Positions 1 through 11,630 of a DNA stretch of 64,000 nucleotides are shown here, one piece after another. Below the pieces are notes generated by a model. It saw nothing but the letters and a program-made list of their open reading frames with translations. It had not been told where the DNA came from and made no database searches. The stretch lies in NCBI RefSeq assembly GCF_018350175.1, contig NC_058368.1, forward strand, positions 64,730,001 through 64,794,000. Direction: 5' to 3'. Within the stretch, counting starts at the first letter, position 1; each line of letters starts with the position of its first letter. A program made the translations under genes and the position numbers. Source of the DNA: Felis catus. Lineage: Eukaryota.

Positions 1-2510
1 AAATTTATTGCTACTTGCCTTTTATCATCATTGGAATGGTTACAAGCTAAAAGTAAAGATTAGGGGTAGGTATAAAACACAGAATCTAAGCCTTTGGTCC
101 AAAGGGCGCGAATAGTCCTTGAAACTCATGAGTGATGTCATTAAGGAGGTCAGAGCTAGGTAGCCATACAGGCCAAAGCTTTCACACTTGAAAGTATAAT
201 GCTTTTTTCTTTTGTGTTCCTAATACGCAGCTCTTTCATGAGCTTGTGTTCACCATAGGAATCGCATCAAGGGCCCTGGAGTCCTGGATCCCTGCTAAAT
301 ATCTTTCCATCCCCCAGCAGTGAAAATGCATTCTGCTTTAAATCATCCTATACAAACTGCATCAATTGGAGTAAATCACTTATCTCAAGTTGTGTTTTAC
401 AATTATCTGACCACGTTTGTTCTTTTCTCTAATTGTAATATTTACTCAGATTGTATAATAATAATTTTGACAAAATTAAAAAGAAGTTAAACAGTACAAA
501 TGTACTCTACAAACTGCAGCACTCAAAGACAGGCTCCCCCAAAAAAGTAATGAGTTTCATTGAAAATATCAGGATTGAATAGAGGAAGCTCATTCCTCAG
601 CATCCCAGCAGGACAGTCAAATGAGATGGACTCTACTGTTCCCAAACTGTGTGCTCTGGGGAGTCTTCTGGGTTAACAGCATGAAAATTTAAATATATGG
701 AGATTAGTAGGCACAGCACAGATCAGAGAGGCCAAGAGGGAAGCCACGTGGTGTGAGGGAGTTTTAAATAAGGAGGAGAAAAATGCGAGCTGTGGTTATG
801 TGGGCTGAAACTTTGAGGAAAGAAAGATATTGAACGAGAATTATAAGCATATTGTGCTGTGTGTTATTACCTCATTACTGCTTCCTCAAGAGATCTTTAG
901 GAAAGGTCAATATTCATTTTGAGTCTCTTTTAGAACTGGATGCTTTTTTGGATGGGATGCTGACTTGTTGCTGGGTTGGACTAGAGGTGGCCCAGCTTAG
1001 ATGAGTGGCATATAATTCTAATCACATATGGAAAGAAGATGGAAATAAAATTCTCTTATCATATTTGACAATTATCCCAACAAATATAATATTAATGGGG
1101 GGTTGATGAGTTAGACTTTTCGATGACGCTTCAGGCAATGAAATACACATACAAATACCAATTGTACACTAATTTTGCACTATTTTATATTTAGCTTTCC
1201 ACAGTGTGATTAAATAATAATCATTATTTGATCCCCTGCTTGAAAATTTAAACAAAATAATAATTAAATGAAATTAAGTAAGAACCCCAATGATAATCAA
1301 GATTATTCTGAAATTCCAATTTTTAAAGCCTGTTCCTTTGAATCTCAATTAAACCTTAATTTTCCTCCTTACAACATGACAAGCAGGGCAGGTAAAATTT
1401 ATAAACTAAATATTTTCATGCTGTAGAGGCAAACATGTAGCCCTTTAAGAAGAATTATCTTGTCAGATTATTTCCCTTCTAACAGATTGGTCCCAGAAAG
1501 CAGGTTTCACCTTTAGCAATTTGAGGGGCAAGAAATACTTCATTTTCCCAGTGAAGATAGTACAGCATTATTTATCATTTCTGCAATAGCATAATTACTC
1601 ACTCAGCATGGCAGCCATGGTTTATAGAACCATGCTGCAGCTTGGGTTTGTTTATTGGTTGCACTTTCCACAGCTTTCCATCAAGTTTCATCCCTTAGCC
1701 ACTGAGCTCCTGGGGTAATCAGTGGCCAGGCAAAATCATATACGTGCAAAGAGCCTCTTTCTTATCATTTATATTAAAGGACATTGGTACTTGTAAATTA
1801 TGCACCGATAAAGGCTGTTGTGTGGTACAGCCATGTTTACTGCTAGTTATAAAATAAAATATGGTATTTCTACATGCATCAGCAATAAAACCTCCATGAA
1901 CAGGTCATGATGACACATATTTATTGCTTTTGAAATACCTAAGAGTGTCCCTTCTTGTTTCTAGTCTCAACAAATTATCTTCCGTCAAGGAACAGTTACA
2001 AAGTAATAATTAGAATTATTTCACATTAGACACTATAATTTGTCTTTAAAATATAGTTTATAACTGAAATTAACTTTAAAAAATATCTGCTCTCCTATCT
2101 GTCTCTCTCTGATTTTCTCTTAGTATATATTCCCTCTCCTGAAGCCTGTCCAAAGTGTTCAGGATTCCTGAACTAGCACAAATGAATCCCAGTGAGCAGC
2201 ATACACTCTCCTCCTGAACAGTATATGGTTTTTACTGACATTCTCTAACACAACATTGGTGAGGTAGACTAAAGTACCTAGACTGGAGTTGTTGAATATC
2301 CACTACACTTGAGTCTACCTTAAGCTTTAAGAAAGCATCTTCTCGCAGCCCCAGCCTGACATCCCTCTCACTCACCCAACACTAAGAAAGTGAGAAGAAG
2401 CCACAGCCAGATTCCCTACATCACCCAAAAGTCACATAAAAATTACTTAGTAGGTCTTATTTTCTGTTCTTAAGAATCAACCCTATTTTTCTTTAAAACT
2501 TTAATCTTTT

Positions 2511-2670
2511 GGGATCCTGGGTGGTTCAGTCAGTTAAGCATCCAACTCTTGATTTCAGCTCAGGTCATGATCAGGCCATGTCGTGGGAACAAGCCCCACA
2601 TCGGGCTCCAGGCTGATCTTGCAACCTGCTTGGGATTCTCTCTCCCTCTCTCTCTCTGCCCCTCTCTCCA

Positions 2671-2762
<92 letters not shown>

Positions 2763-2779
2763 ATAAATAAATAAACATT
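2511..2779 (+). mobile_element. CanSINE (older carnivore SINEC type) with expanded (CA)n(CT)n tract
   Basis: Head gggatcctgggtggttcagtcagttaagcatccaactcttgatttcagctcaggtcatgatc, CT-rich body, aaataaataaataaac tail; TSD taaaactttaatctt at 2494-2508 and 3020-3034. Confidence 0.93.
2673..2759. repeat. Compound (CA)n(CT)n microsatellite inside SINE
   Basis: Directly visible. Confidence 0.97.
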
Positions 2780-2796
2780 AAAAACATAAAACTTTT

Positions 2797-3012
2797 GGGG
2801 GCGCCTGGGTGGCGCAGTCGGTTAAGCGTCCGACTTCAGCCAGGTCACGATCTCGCGGTCCGTGAGTTCGAGCCCCGTGTCAGGCTCTGGGCTGATGGCT
2901 CAGAGCCTGGAGCTTGTTTCCGATTCTGTGTCTCCCTCTCTCTCTGCCCCTCCCCCATTCATGCTCTGTCTCTCTCTGTCCCAAAAATAAATAAATGTTG
3001 AAAAAAAAATAA
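2797..3012 (+). mobile_element. Young felid CanSINE (SINEC_Fc-like)
   Basis: ggggcgcctgggtggcgcagtcggttaagcgtccgacttcagccaggtcacgatctcgcgg with CpGs retained, A-tail; TSD aaaaacataaaacttt at 2780-2795 and 3013-3028. Confidence 0.97.
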
Positions 3013-3329
3013 AAAAACATAAAACTTTAATCTTCAAGATTCATACTTCTCTTCCCCCAGGCTGGAGCCATGATCTAGGCTTCAGTGGAGAACAGCAGGG
3101 TTAGGGGTTCTGGCTCTGAGACTTTCCTTATTCCATGACCAACCCTAGCTCTCAGGTGTCCAGGACTAGGAATAGGGACAGGAAAGCCAGCAGAATCTTA
3201 ATCTGATGGGCTGCCTTTTCTGATGGTAATGTGTCCCCAGCATCACAGGGATTCAAACTGGTTTTTTCTGAAGTGATGGACATGTCTTTTGGCCCCCTTC
3301 ATCACTGAAGGTATCTTTGAAAGGAAATT

Positions 3330-3747
3330 GGAACTTCCACCTACCTTGTACCCATATTCAAGCCTCCAGCTACTGGTCTAAGTTGAGACTCTCATTGTCC
3401 TGGCAAACACTGGTCTATCCCACAGCTTCTGTCATTTATTCTACTTCCATATTCTTCTTGTGGAACCAAGAGAACTACCAGGAATGTGTTTATCCCAGAG
3501 GGCTTCAGAGAATTAGGAAGTGGTGGCAATAGTTTGCCATTGTGCTTTTAATCATGCTATACCAAATTCCCTTTGATCCTTGTCACATGCTATAACTGGG
3601 AACCTCGGGCTTTCTCCTTGTTCACACACAAAATCTCTAATTTCAGTAACTATGGGAAAGGCTTCTGCTTCAACAGAGGCCCCAGAATAGGTCTGTTGAT
3701 ATTCAGCACAATGAGGAGCCATGAATGAATGAATGAATGAATGAATG
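3330..3747 (+). mobile_element. L2 3' fragment ending in (GAAT)n tail
   Basis: L2-like pyrimidine-rich body followed by atgaatgaatgaatgaatg (3721-3747), the typical L2 terminus. Confidence 0.5.
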
Positions 3748-4980
3748 GCAGAATTCTCTTCTATAGGCACCTGGAATTTTTATCAGAATTCTCTTGATGC
3801 TCCTCTCGCCTGGATTTAGAAGTTACTCACATCCATTCATATTAAGCCAGGACAATGTATGGTAGAATGGATGCTTCATTCACATTAACCAAATCCAGTC
3901 TTATTCGTAAATTGAGTGGAAGAGAAGGGTATGTGGATTGGTTTAGAGTGTAAGGCAATTTGGCCTTCTCTTGGTAAGACTTACGTAGTAGGTTCCGGGT
4001 CCCAATTGGTGGTAACCAGTTGTCAGCACAACATGTAATGTTAGATTTTTTTTCAGTTGCTCTTAGCTCTCATCTTGGCCCCTTAATTTGTGCACCCAAC
4101 TTTACTTGCTACATGTAAAGAACAGTGATTTTACTTGTAATGTGACAAATAAGCCTAGAAAGCAAAAAATCTCCTATGATAGCAAATAAAGAGTGTACAG
4201 AAACGTTCTTGAATACACAATCATGAGGATCACAGAGATAATACAAACAATCAAGTGAAGAGTATCATAAAATAAAAAAGTGTGGAAGCATCAGCAATGA
4301 TTCTATTCTTTCCAGTGTCAAACTATTTCTCAGCTGTTACACAAAATACCACCTGTGACTGATGTTTGGGGAAATGTAGAATTAGAAAATCCCCAAGTCA
4401 TGAGTACAAAAAAAAAATCAATAGGACTGCATTCATGGCAAATATTGACAATACAATGCAGGGATTAGTGAGTTTTCTGTAACTGAATTGATTCTGATTA
4501 TCCTCAAATACTTAAAGACAGGCCCTAAAGCAAGCCTTCAAGAGAAACAACAACAAAAATGTGCAATATAAGAGCAACAGGTATGAGGGATGTGAATATT
4601 CTGGTGGCGTACCCTGAGGAAACACCTTTTACTTGACTTTTGAAGAAAGGGAGAGAAATGGGGAAGAAATGTATGTACTTAAAGTAGACACAGAATTTAT
4701 ATGACTACTGCAGAATGGGAAAGAGTGATTGGAAAATTAAAAAATAGTATTACTATTGCAGCTAACATTTAATGAGCGATTATTATGTCCAATGCGCCAT
4801 TCTAAGTCAACTTGAAAATATCAAATTATTCAATATGAAAACACTTGAAAATAATAGATGTGTAAATGTTAGCTATGATAGTAACACTTACTATTTTTAA
4901 ATTTTCCAAACACTCTCCCATCCTGCAATAGTCATATAAATTCCATTTCTACTTTAAGTGTTTTTCCCTACTATCTTTAA

Positions 4981-5040
4981 TTAAAAAACATGTTCTTTTA
5001 GTTTATTTATTTTGAGAGAGCGAGCGAGCATGAGTGGGGG
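4981..5040 (-). mobile_element. 5'-truncated CanSINE (3' ~60 nt only)
   Basis: gtttatttattttgagagagcgagcgagcatgagtggggg; degenerate TSD ttccctactatctttaa (4964-4980) / tcccctactcattttaa (5041-5057). Confidence 0.7.
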
Positions 5041-5589
5041 TCCCCTACTCATTTTAAGTAATCATCTAAGCCTACATGAGAAAAGCAAAATATTCATATA
5101 AGAATTTTTATTCATATATTACCATATTTTACTTCTCAGCTTAATCAAAATGTGTTTTTTGGCAAAACATTTTATTTGTTAATCAAATTTATTGATCCAA
5201 TTTTAAAATTAAGGAAATACTTTCTGATTATAATAAATGAAAACATAAGAGATGATGAAATTTCTTATATTCAAAGCAGAGGCCTTAAAACATGACAGAA
5301 ACATGACTTAGTGGGAACAATTTGAATAGTTCAGCTGTAGCCTGTCAGGTTGGCCTCTGGAGTCTCAATTTGTCCTGGCCACACTGCTGCAGAGCAATAT
5401 TACATGTCAATATAACTGCCCTCTGATGTGGGAAGACAGGCCTTACATATTTTTAGTCCCCTAATTTCTGTTAGGACAAAAGTCCAGTTGGCAATGGTAA
5501 AGATGTGATGACACCCTTTTATTCATCTGGAAGATGCTACTAAAGTTATCGTTCCCTATGGCTGATCAAGCGTCATTTTTTAATGTGAA

Positions 5590-5770
5590 AACCACTGGAT
5601 TTGGAATATAAAACATAAATATAAAACATCTCATGTGCCGACTCTTTCATGAATCCCCTTGATCTTTTATATTTTTCTCTTTATATGTAAAATAATGCGT
5701 TATACTAAAGGACTGTTGTATTAAATGAGAACAGGCTTGTCAACTGTAATTAAAAATAAGGGTGTATTAT
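5590..5770 (+). mobile_element. MIR fragment
   Basis: Degenerate MIR core (ttttctctttatatgtaaaataatg...gactgttgtattaaatgaga). Confidence 0.4.
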
Positions 5771-7079
5771 TTATCCAAAGAAAGAAACTGTCATTTTTGT
5801 TTATTCTGTTATTCTAAATAATAACAGTAAAAGCTTATTTTTTAAATTAAATTTTGTATGTATTTCCACAACTAATGCAACATACTGATATTACTTCGAG
5901 TATTCTCTTCATGTTTCCAGAGAGTCAAGGCTTATGTCTCTTTCTCAACTCAGTCTAAAATTAGATGAAATATAACTTAAAAGGTGACAATATCAAGGAG
6001 TGCATCCTAGGGATATATTAACTGTAAAAGCCACACATGTGTTTGCTTTGACAACACAGGATCATGAGATTCCTAAGTATTTTGGACACTTGGGAGATGC
6101 TATCACACATACAAAACATCCTTCTCTGTTTATCTGCAATAACATCCAAAGCTGTTGGTTGACTCGTTTGAATGTCAAAGGACGGAGAGAATAAAAACCA
6201 AACTAAGGAAAAAGTATGGTTTGGTTTCCTTAAGGTTCTGATACCTGATTGAGTACAAGTATAGCAATCAGCAACTTAAATAAACTAAGCTGCCATAACA
6301 GAGAAGATTATTATCTGTTGCTGAGCTTGAGAAAGAGCAAATATTTACATACAAAAATGAAGGCATAAGAAGATGATAAAAACTTACTTTTGTAATGAAA
6401 TAAAATCGTGCCCTTCGTCTTATCTGTGTAGCCTGTTAGCACGTTTGTAGGCTAATTCTACAGTTGATCATTAAGCTTAGATAGATTTGAGGATGTAAAG
6501 TCCAGAAGCAGCATTTAGGTATTTCATTTTGTTAATAACAGAAGCATCCTCAAAATATCTTTTTTATTTTATATATACTTCCCCAGGTTTTTTTTTTAAC
6601 TCTGGCACATAACTCCAAAGTACAAATCATCTGTGATATTACTAGTAACTTTTCTATTCTTTTGGAGAAGAAAATATAGCTTCACATATCATATATATAT
6701 GAATACTCATATATGTTAGATCTACTCCAACTCTCTTTTATTGATCTATAAATGCATACATTAATGAAAATGTTTTAGTTATTAAGACTTTATAAATTGT
6801 TTTAATATTAGATAAAGCAGGTAAACAAATCATATTATTTTTATTTCTCAGATACATCCTTTCCCTGCATCTCTGATAAAAAGTTAATAATCATATTTTC
6901 TGAGTCAAAGAAACAAAAATATAAACTGTCATTTTTACTGACCCCATGATAAATGTTTTTATATTTTTGAAAAGATATGCTATTTATACATAGTCAGGTA
7001 TTAAAAGTGTTGAACCTAAATGTTAAATTTTCTGACTGGTTAGTTATTTATCTATTTTTAAATTTATACTTAAACATTT

Positions 7080-7545
7080 TTTATCGTATTAAGAATGTAT
7101 AACATAAGATGTAGACACTTAAATTTGCAAAGCACACAATACAATATTGCTAAGTATAGGCACGATGCTGTAATGCAAATTGCTACAACTTAATCTTGTA
7201 GAACTGAGATTTTATACTCTTACTAGCAACCCCACATTCCTTCCCTCCCATCACCCCACACCCCTGCAACCACCATTTTACTTTCTGATTCTGTAACTTT
7301 GACTATTTTAATACCTCATATAAATGGAATCACGCAAGAAGTGTCCTTCTGTGCCTTGCTTCTTTCGCTCAAGAGTAATATCCTTGAGGTTCATCTATGT
7401 TCTTGCATATTGCAGGATTTCCTTCTCTTTTAAGGCTAGAGTGGGAGAGAGCCAAAGCATAAGACTAAATAATATTCCATTCTATGTACATATCATACTT
7501 CATCTACTCATCCATCAGTGAACATGTAGGTCTATTTATATCTTC
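7080..7545 (-). mobile_element. Old L1 (L1MA/L1MB-like) 3' end fragment
   Basis: caaccaccattttactttctg...cctcatataaatggaatcacgc...aggttcatctatgttcttgcatattgcaggatttccttc, typical antisense L1M 3'UTR/ORF2 end. Confidence 0.85.
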
Positions 7546-7959
7546 TTGAGTAGTAATTTTGTTTCCCAACATATTACTAAATATTTTTGTTATAATAGTT
7601 TTCAACTCATTTTTACATTTATAAGTTTTCATGTGATTTAAAAGAAATGTATCAATTAATGATGATTTTGCTTTCTTCTTAAATATTTTACCTATTATAT
7701 ATTTTTTGTTTTATTAACCAGTACTTCTAAAGATTGTTAATTACTGTATTATTAATAGACACTTCAACTCATTTCCTTGTTAATGGGAATCCATCAAGCT
7801 TTTCTTTAATAAGGGCAGCGTGTGTCTGCATATATTTACATGTTATGTTTTATGTATGTTTGTGTTTGTTTTCATGTGTATGTGGATTTTGTACACATAC
7901 AAAATGTACATGTAACAGTATTCATGTTAACAAATACCACTATCCCACTTTATTAAACT

Positions 7960-8330
7960 CATTTTAAGTTCAAGAATAAATGTTAATATTTGCAAATGCA
8001 TTTTGGTATCTTTGGAGGTGATCCTATGATTTTTTCCTTTTTCATTAATAGCATGAAATATACTCATAATTCTCCTAATATTGAGCTAGCTCACATTGTG
8101 ACTACGAATCTCACTTGGTCATTATATATTATTTTTTAATGTATTGCTCAATCCAATTTGCTGATATCTTAGTGTTTTCTGCATCAGTTTCAGGTTTCTT
8201 CCTCAGATTTTAACCGCAGGGTTAGGCTTACTTCACTCAGAGAATCCCAAAGTTGCTTTTCTCTGCACATGTTCTGAAACATTTTAATTATGAAAGGAAT
8301 TATCTGTTCTTCAAAATTTGAGTAGATGTA
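7960..8330 (-). mobile_element. Very old L1 ORF2 (RT region) fragment
   Basis: Aligns by eye to the younger L1 at 45410-45800 (caaatgcattt...gatcctatgattttt...cacttggtcatt...ttttttaatgtattg). Confidence 0.65.
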
Positions 8331-9419
8331 GCACAAGACACTGGTGAGCCCTTGTGTCTTTTTGTGCAGTAGGGGAAGTGATGAGGGTAACTAGGTGATG
8401 CCTTTGAACTCTAGATATTATTCTCTTTTTATTTATTTTGCCTGTATTCAGTGGTCCCCTTTGATCTATAGACTCTGGCATTTCTTTAGGTCAAAAGTGC
8501 TTTTTATATTGAATATTAGATTCTTTCTCAATATCTTTTTACCCTGAAACCTAGGATGTATATTTTAATTCCCCCATGTATATCACTTTATAATCTCTAT
8601 AATCTCTTTGCCCAGTTTTTTTGGAACCTGAATAAGATTCCCAAGGTTGCATTTGCCATAATTCAGTATTCCACAGCTTAAATTCTTCTCTTCATTGCTT
8701 CTAATGCAGTGTTTAGTCTCCTTTTGAACTTCAAGTTTCCTTACAATGTTGCCTTAACTCAGTTCACTCACCTGCTGGCCTCGTCATTGGTCAGAAAAAT
8801 ATTATTTATTGTGTTTTACATTTTAACTTGTATAATGTATTCAATTTTTAAATATTTTAACACAGTAAGGTTTTTCTGAAATGTACATGCATATCTCGTA
8901 AATATTTTGTTCAAAAATAAACCTTTTTGCTGCTACTGTTCTGTTTATTACACTGTTAAATGTTTTAAAAGTTTCTATGCTATAGTCTGTATATGTATAA
9001 ATAGTAATCTTAAATTAGGCAATATCTACACCTTCTCTGATTTCCCATTAACAGTATTTGTAAATTTTTCTTGGTTCCTTCTCTATTCATTTGATTATTG
9101 CTAGAATTCTCAACAGATCTCAGGTTGAAGACTCTAATAGACCTAACCTTTAATCAGTTTTTCATAGTTAGATATACACTTTTACCAAGCTTAGCTCGTC
9201 TCCCCTGCCAGGTTTACTTTCCTAGTAAAACTCCTCTTCATTTACTTGCACTTTCCACCTGCAATGAACTTCTTAGAGTACTAGAACCAGAATAGATACA
9301 GAAAAAAAGGTCCATACATTTGCAAGAATAAAATGGCCATGGCCACATTTTAAGCCAGGTATTACCCATTGGTCATGGTTACTAATGGCCAAGAGATTTG
9401 CAGGTCAATTGTACTAGTG

Positions 9420-9660
9420 TACTGTACTATATGAGCATCTAATTTGACATTTTATTAGTCTTTATACAGGAGTCTGGACAACACTAACCAGTATTCCTAA
9501 TTTGTAATATTGTAGAAAAAAGATCTTATGTCTTAAGGAGACCACTAACATTTGTTAAGAAATCATGTCATACAAATCTATTAGATGTTTATTTTGCATC
9601 AGAAAGATGTTGCAGAAAATAAATTGACATAATATTCTTCTTGATGACTATATACACAAT
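9420..9660 (+). mobile_element. Possible ancient CR1/L3-type LINE reverse transcriptase relic
   Basis: Frame from 9551 reads FVKKSCHTNLLDVYFASERCCRK*IDIIFFL, resembling the CR1/L3 RT motifs GFxKxxSCxTNL...VDxIYLDF. Confidence 0.4.
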
Positions 9661-10059
9661 CTTCTCCAGAAACAATTATTATTTCAATACATAGGTAAAC
9701 ACAGAGCTATGGGTATGTGTAGGACCTAGATTCCTGGGCTTAGATGTGCTTTCCCTATTTTGTTTTCCTGCTTTTCTTGACAAGCTGTCAGCGATCACTT
9801 CACACTACTGAAAATATAACTGCCTTTAGCAGTTCCCTCCCTGCTTCTAATCTCCTACTTTAAAGCAGAAGCAGAAAATTAGTTTGGCTGAGAGTCAGAG
9901 CTAGCCTGGATGTTGTATTACACGAGGGTCAAAAGTCTCTGAAAATGGACTCGGGGTGTTATATATGGAAGAAAGGGTATAAACCTGTACTTCATTGATC
10001 TTCTCTTCCTAACTTTACCTTTGCAACTGTTCTTTTGAATTTTGGGGTTTGGTAGTCAG

Positions 10060-10590
10060 ATAAATAAGACATTATTATAGACCGAACTTATATATGTGTC
10101 CCAGATCTCCTGTGTTCTACACCAATGAAACATACTATGTCTCAGTCTCCATTCTTTTCGGTTCTCAACAAAGTTCCTAGCATATGGTAGGTATTCAGGG
10201 AATGTTAAATTGAATTGAGCCAAAATACTGATTGTATATTCCTCCTTCAAATTCCACATGCATCAGGAACCTTAGTATGTGGAAAACTAAACTCATCATC
10301 CTTGTCGCCTACTCATTTTTGTCTTTCCCCTTCTGCATTTTCTGTTTTGATGAGGAATTTAACCCTTACCCATTTACATGGGTAAGGAACCTAGCCTTGT
10401 AGGAGCCTAGAAAGCAACTTGTGTTTCTCTTTTCCCCTGACTACCTGTGGCTAATCGATAACCAAGTCTTCTCTATTCTCCTTTCTAATATGTCTTAGAC
10501 CCAGAACCACCTCTTTACCCTCACTGCCCTGCCTTGGTTAAGACCTTCACAATTTTAATTAATGTTCCCTAATAATCTTACCCCTAGCAT
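10060..10590 (+). mobile_element. L2 fragments
   Basis: L2 3' terminus (cctagcatatggtaggtattcagggaatgttaaattgaattga) and L2 body (aaactaaactcatcatcc...accaagtcttctctattc). Confidence 0.6.
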
Positions 10591-10659
10591 TTCCTTTTTT
10601 CAGATCCCTGCCAGAAATTAGTTTTCAAAATAGAAATTTGAACATTAAATTTAGCTCTC

Positions 10660-11630
10660 CTTGACATAGATGAGAATTGAGAGAGGCCAAGGCAGTTAGA
10701 ATTCATGGGGCAGAATAAACAGAAGAAAGAACCATATAGAGAGAGAACTTCAGATTTGAAAAATGCTTCCCTTGAATCTTTACCAGAATACTGATCAACA
10801 CATAGTGCGAGGAAGCTATCAAGGACCAAGAAAAGGCAGAACAATTTCTAGAACTCATTCAGAGCCATGACTAATTTATGTATCTGCTAGCTAGAGTAGA
10901 AAACCTTGGAGTCAGTTAGGATACTCAGAAGGATAATTTCCCACCTGTGTAAAAATATAATACTTAGAGCAAAAGCTGTTCTGATTTCACCAGACAAAAC
11001 TTTAAAGTTAGTTTCAAGAGTAAAATTTTCCCAAATAACTTAACTGTATCCTAGGGAAAAAATTATTTTGAAAAATAGAAAAAATATTCAGCAGAAAACA
11101 AGGTCTAGCATCCTATAAAGCTCACAATGTCTAACACACTATAAAATCTATCAGGCATTCAAAGAAGCTGGAAAACATCCATAGTGAAGATAGAAAACAA
11201 TAAATAGAAACAGACCCAGAAATAACAGTTGATAGAATTAGTGGTCAATGACATTGAAATAATTATAATCTGTTTCAGAAGGTCAATGAAAGCATGAAAG
11301 AGAAACAAGTAAGATATAGAAAAGCCCTAAATCAACTTCTAGATTAAAACATAAATCTAAGATGAAAATACACTGGATACACTTAAAAAGAGAATAGCCA
11401 TTGAAGTTTAAAAAAAAAGGTGAATTTAATCACACAGTAATAGAAACAATTCAGAATGAAAAAGACAAGGAAAAAGACCGAGAAAAAAAAAATGAACAGC
11501 ATCAGAGAGCTGTCAGGCTTTCAGTTACTTAAAAATGGATAATTGGATTCCTTAAAGGAAAGTAGAAAAAAGGAGTTGCAAAAAATAATATTTGAAGGAA
11601 TAATTGCTGATAAAGTGCTAAATTTGGTAA
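10660..11630 (+). mobile_element. Old L1M 5'UTR/ORF1 fragment
   Basis: A-rich ORF1-like decay ending in atatttgaaggaataattgctgataaagtgctaaatttgg (IFEEIIAENFPNL-like); upstream L1M 5'-end-like sequence. Confidence 0.65.

Noticed and set aside
2797..2880. tRNA genes at SINE heads
   Set aside because: A/B-box-like motifs belong to tRNA-derived CanSINEs followed by CT tracts, A-tails and TSDs.
2549..3001. ORFs with HTHT/SLSL runs and MGAPGWRSRLSVRLQPGHDL-type ORFs (also 28545-28891, 29279-29461, 30462-30865)
   Set aside because: Translations of CanSINE bodies and microsatellites, not genes.
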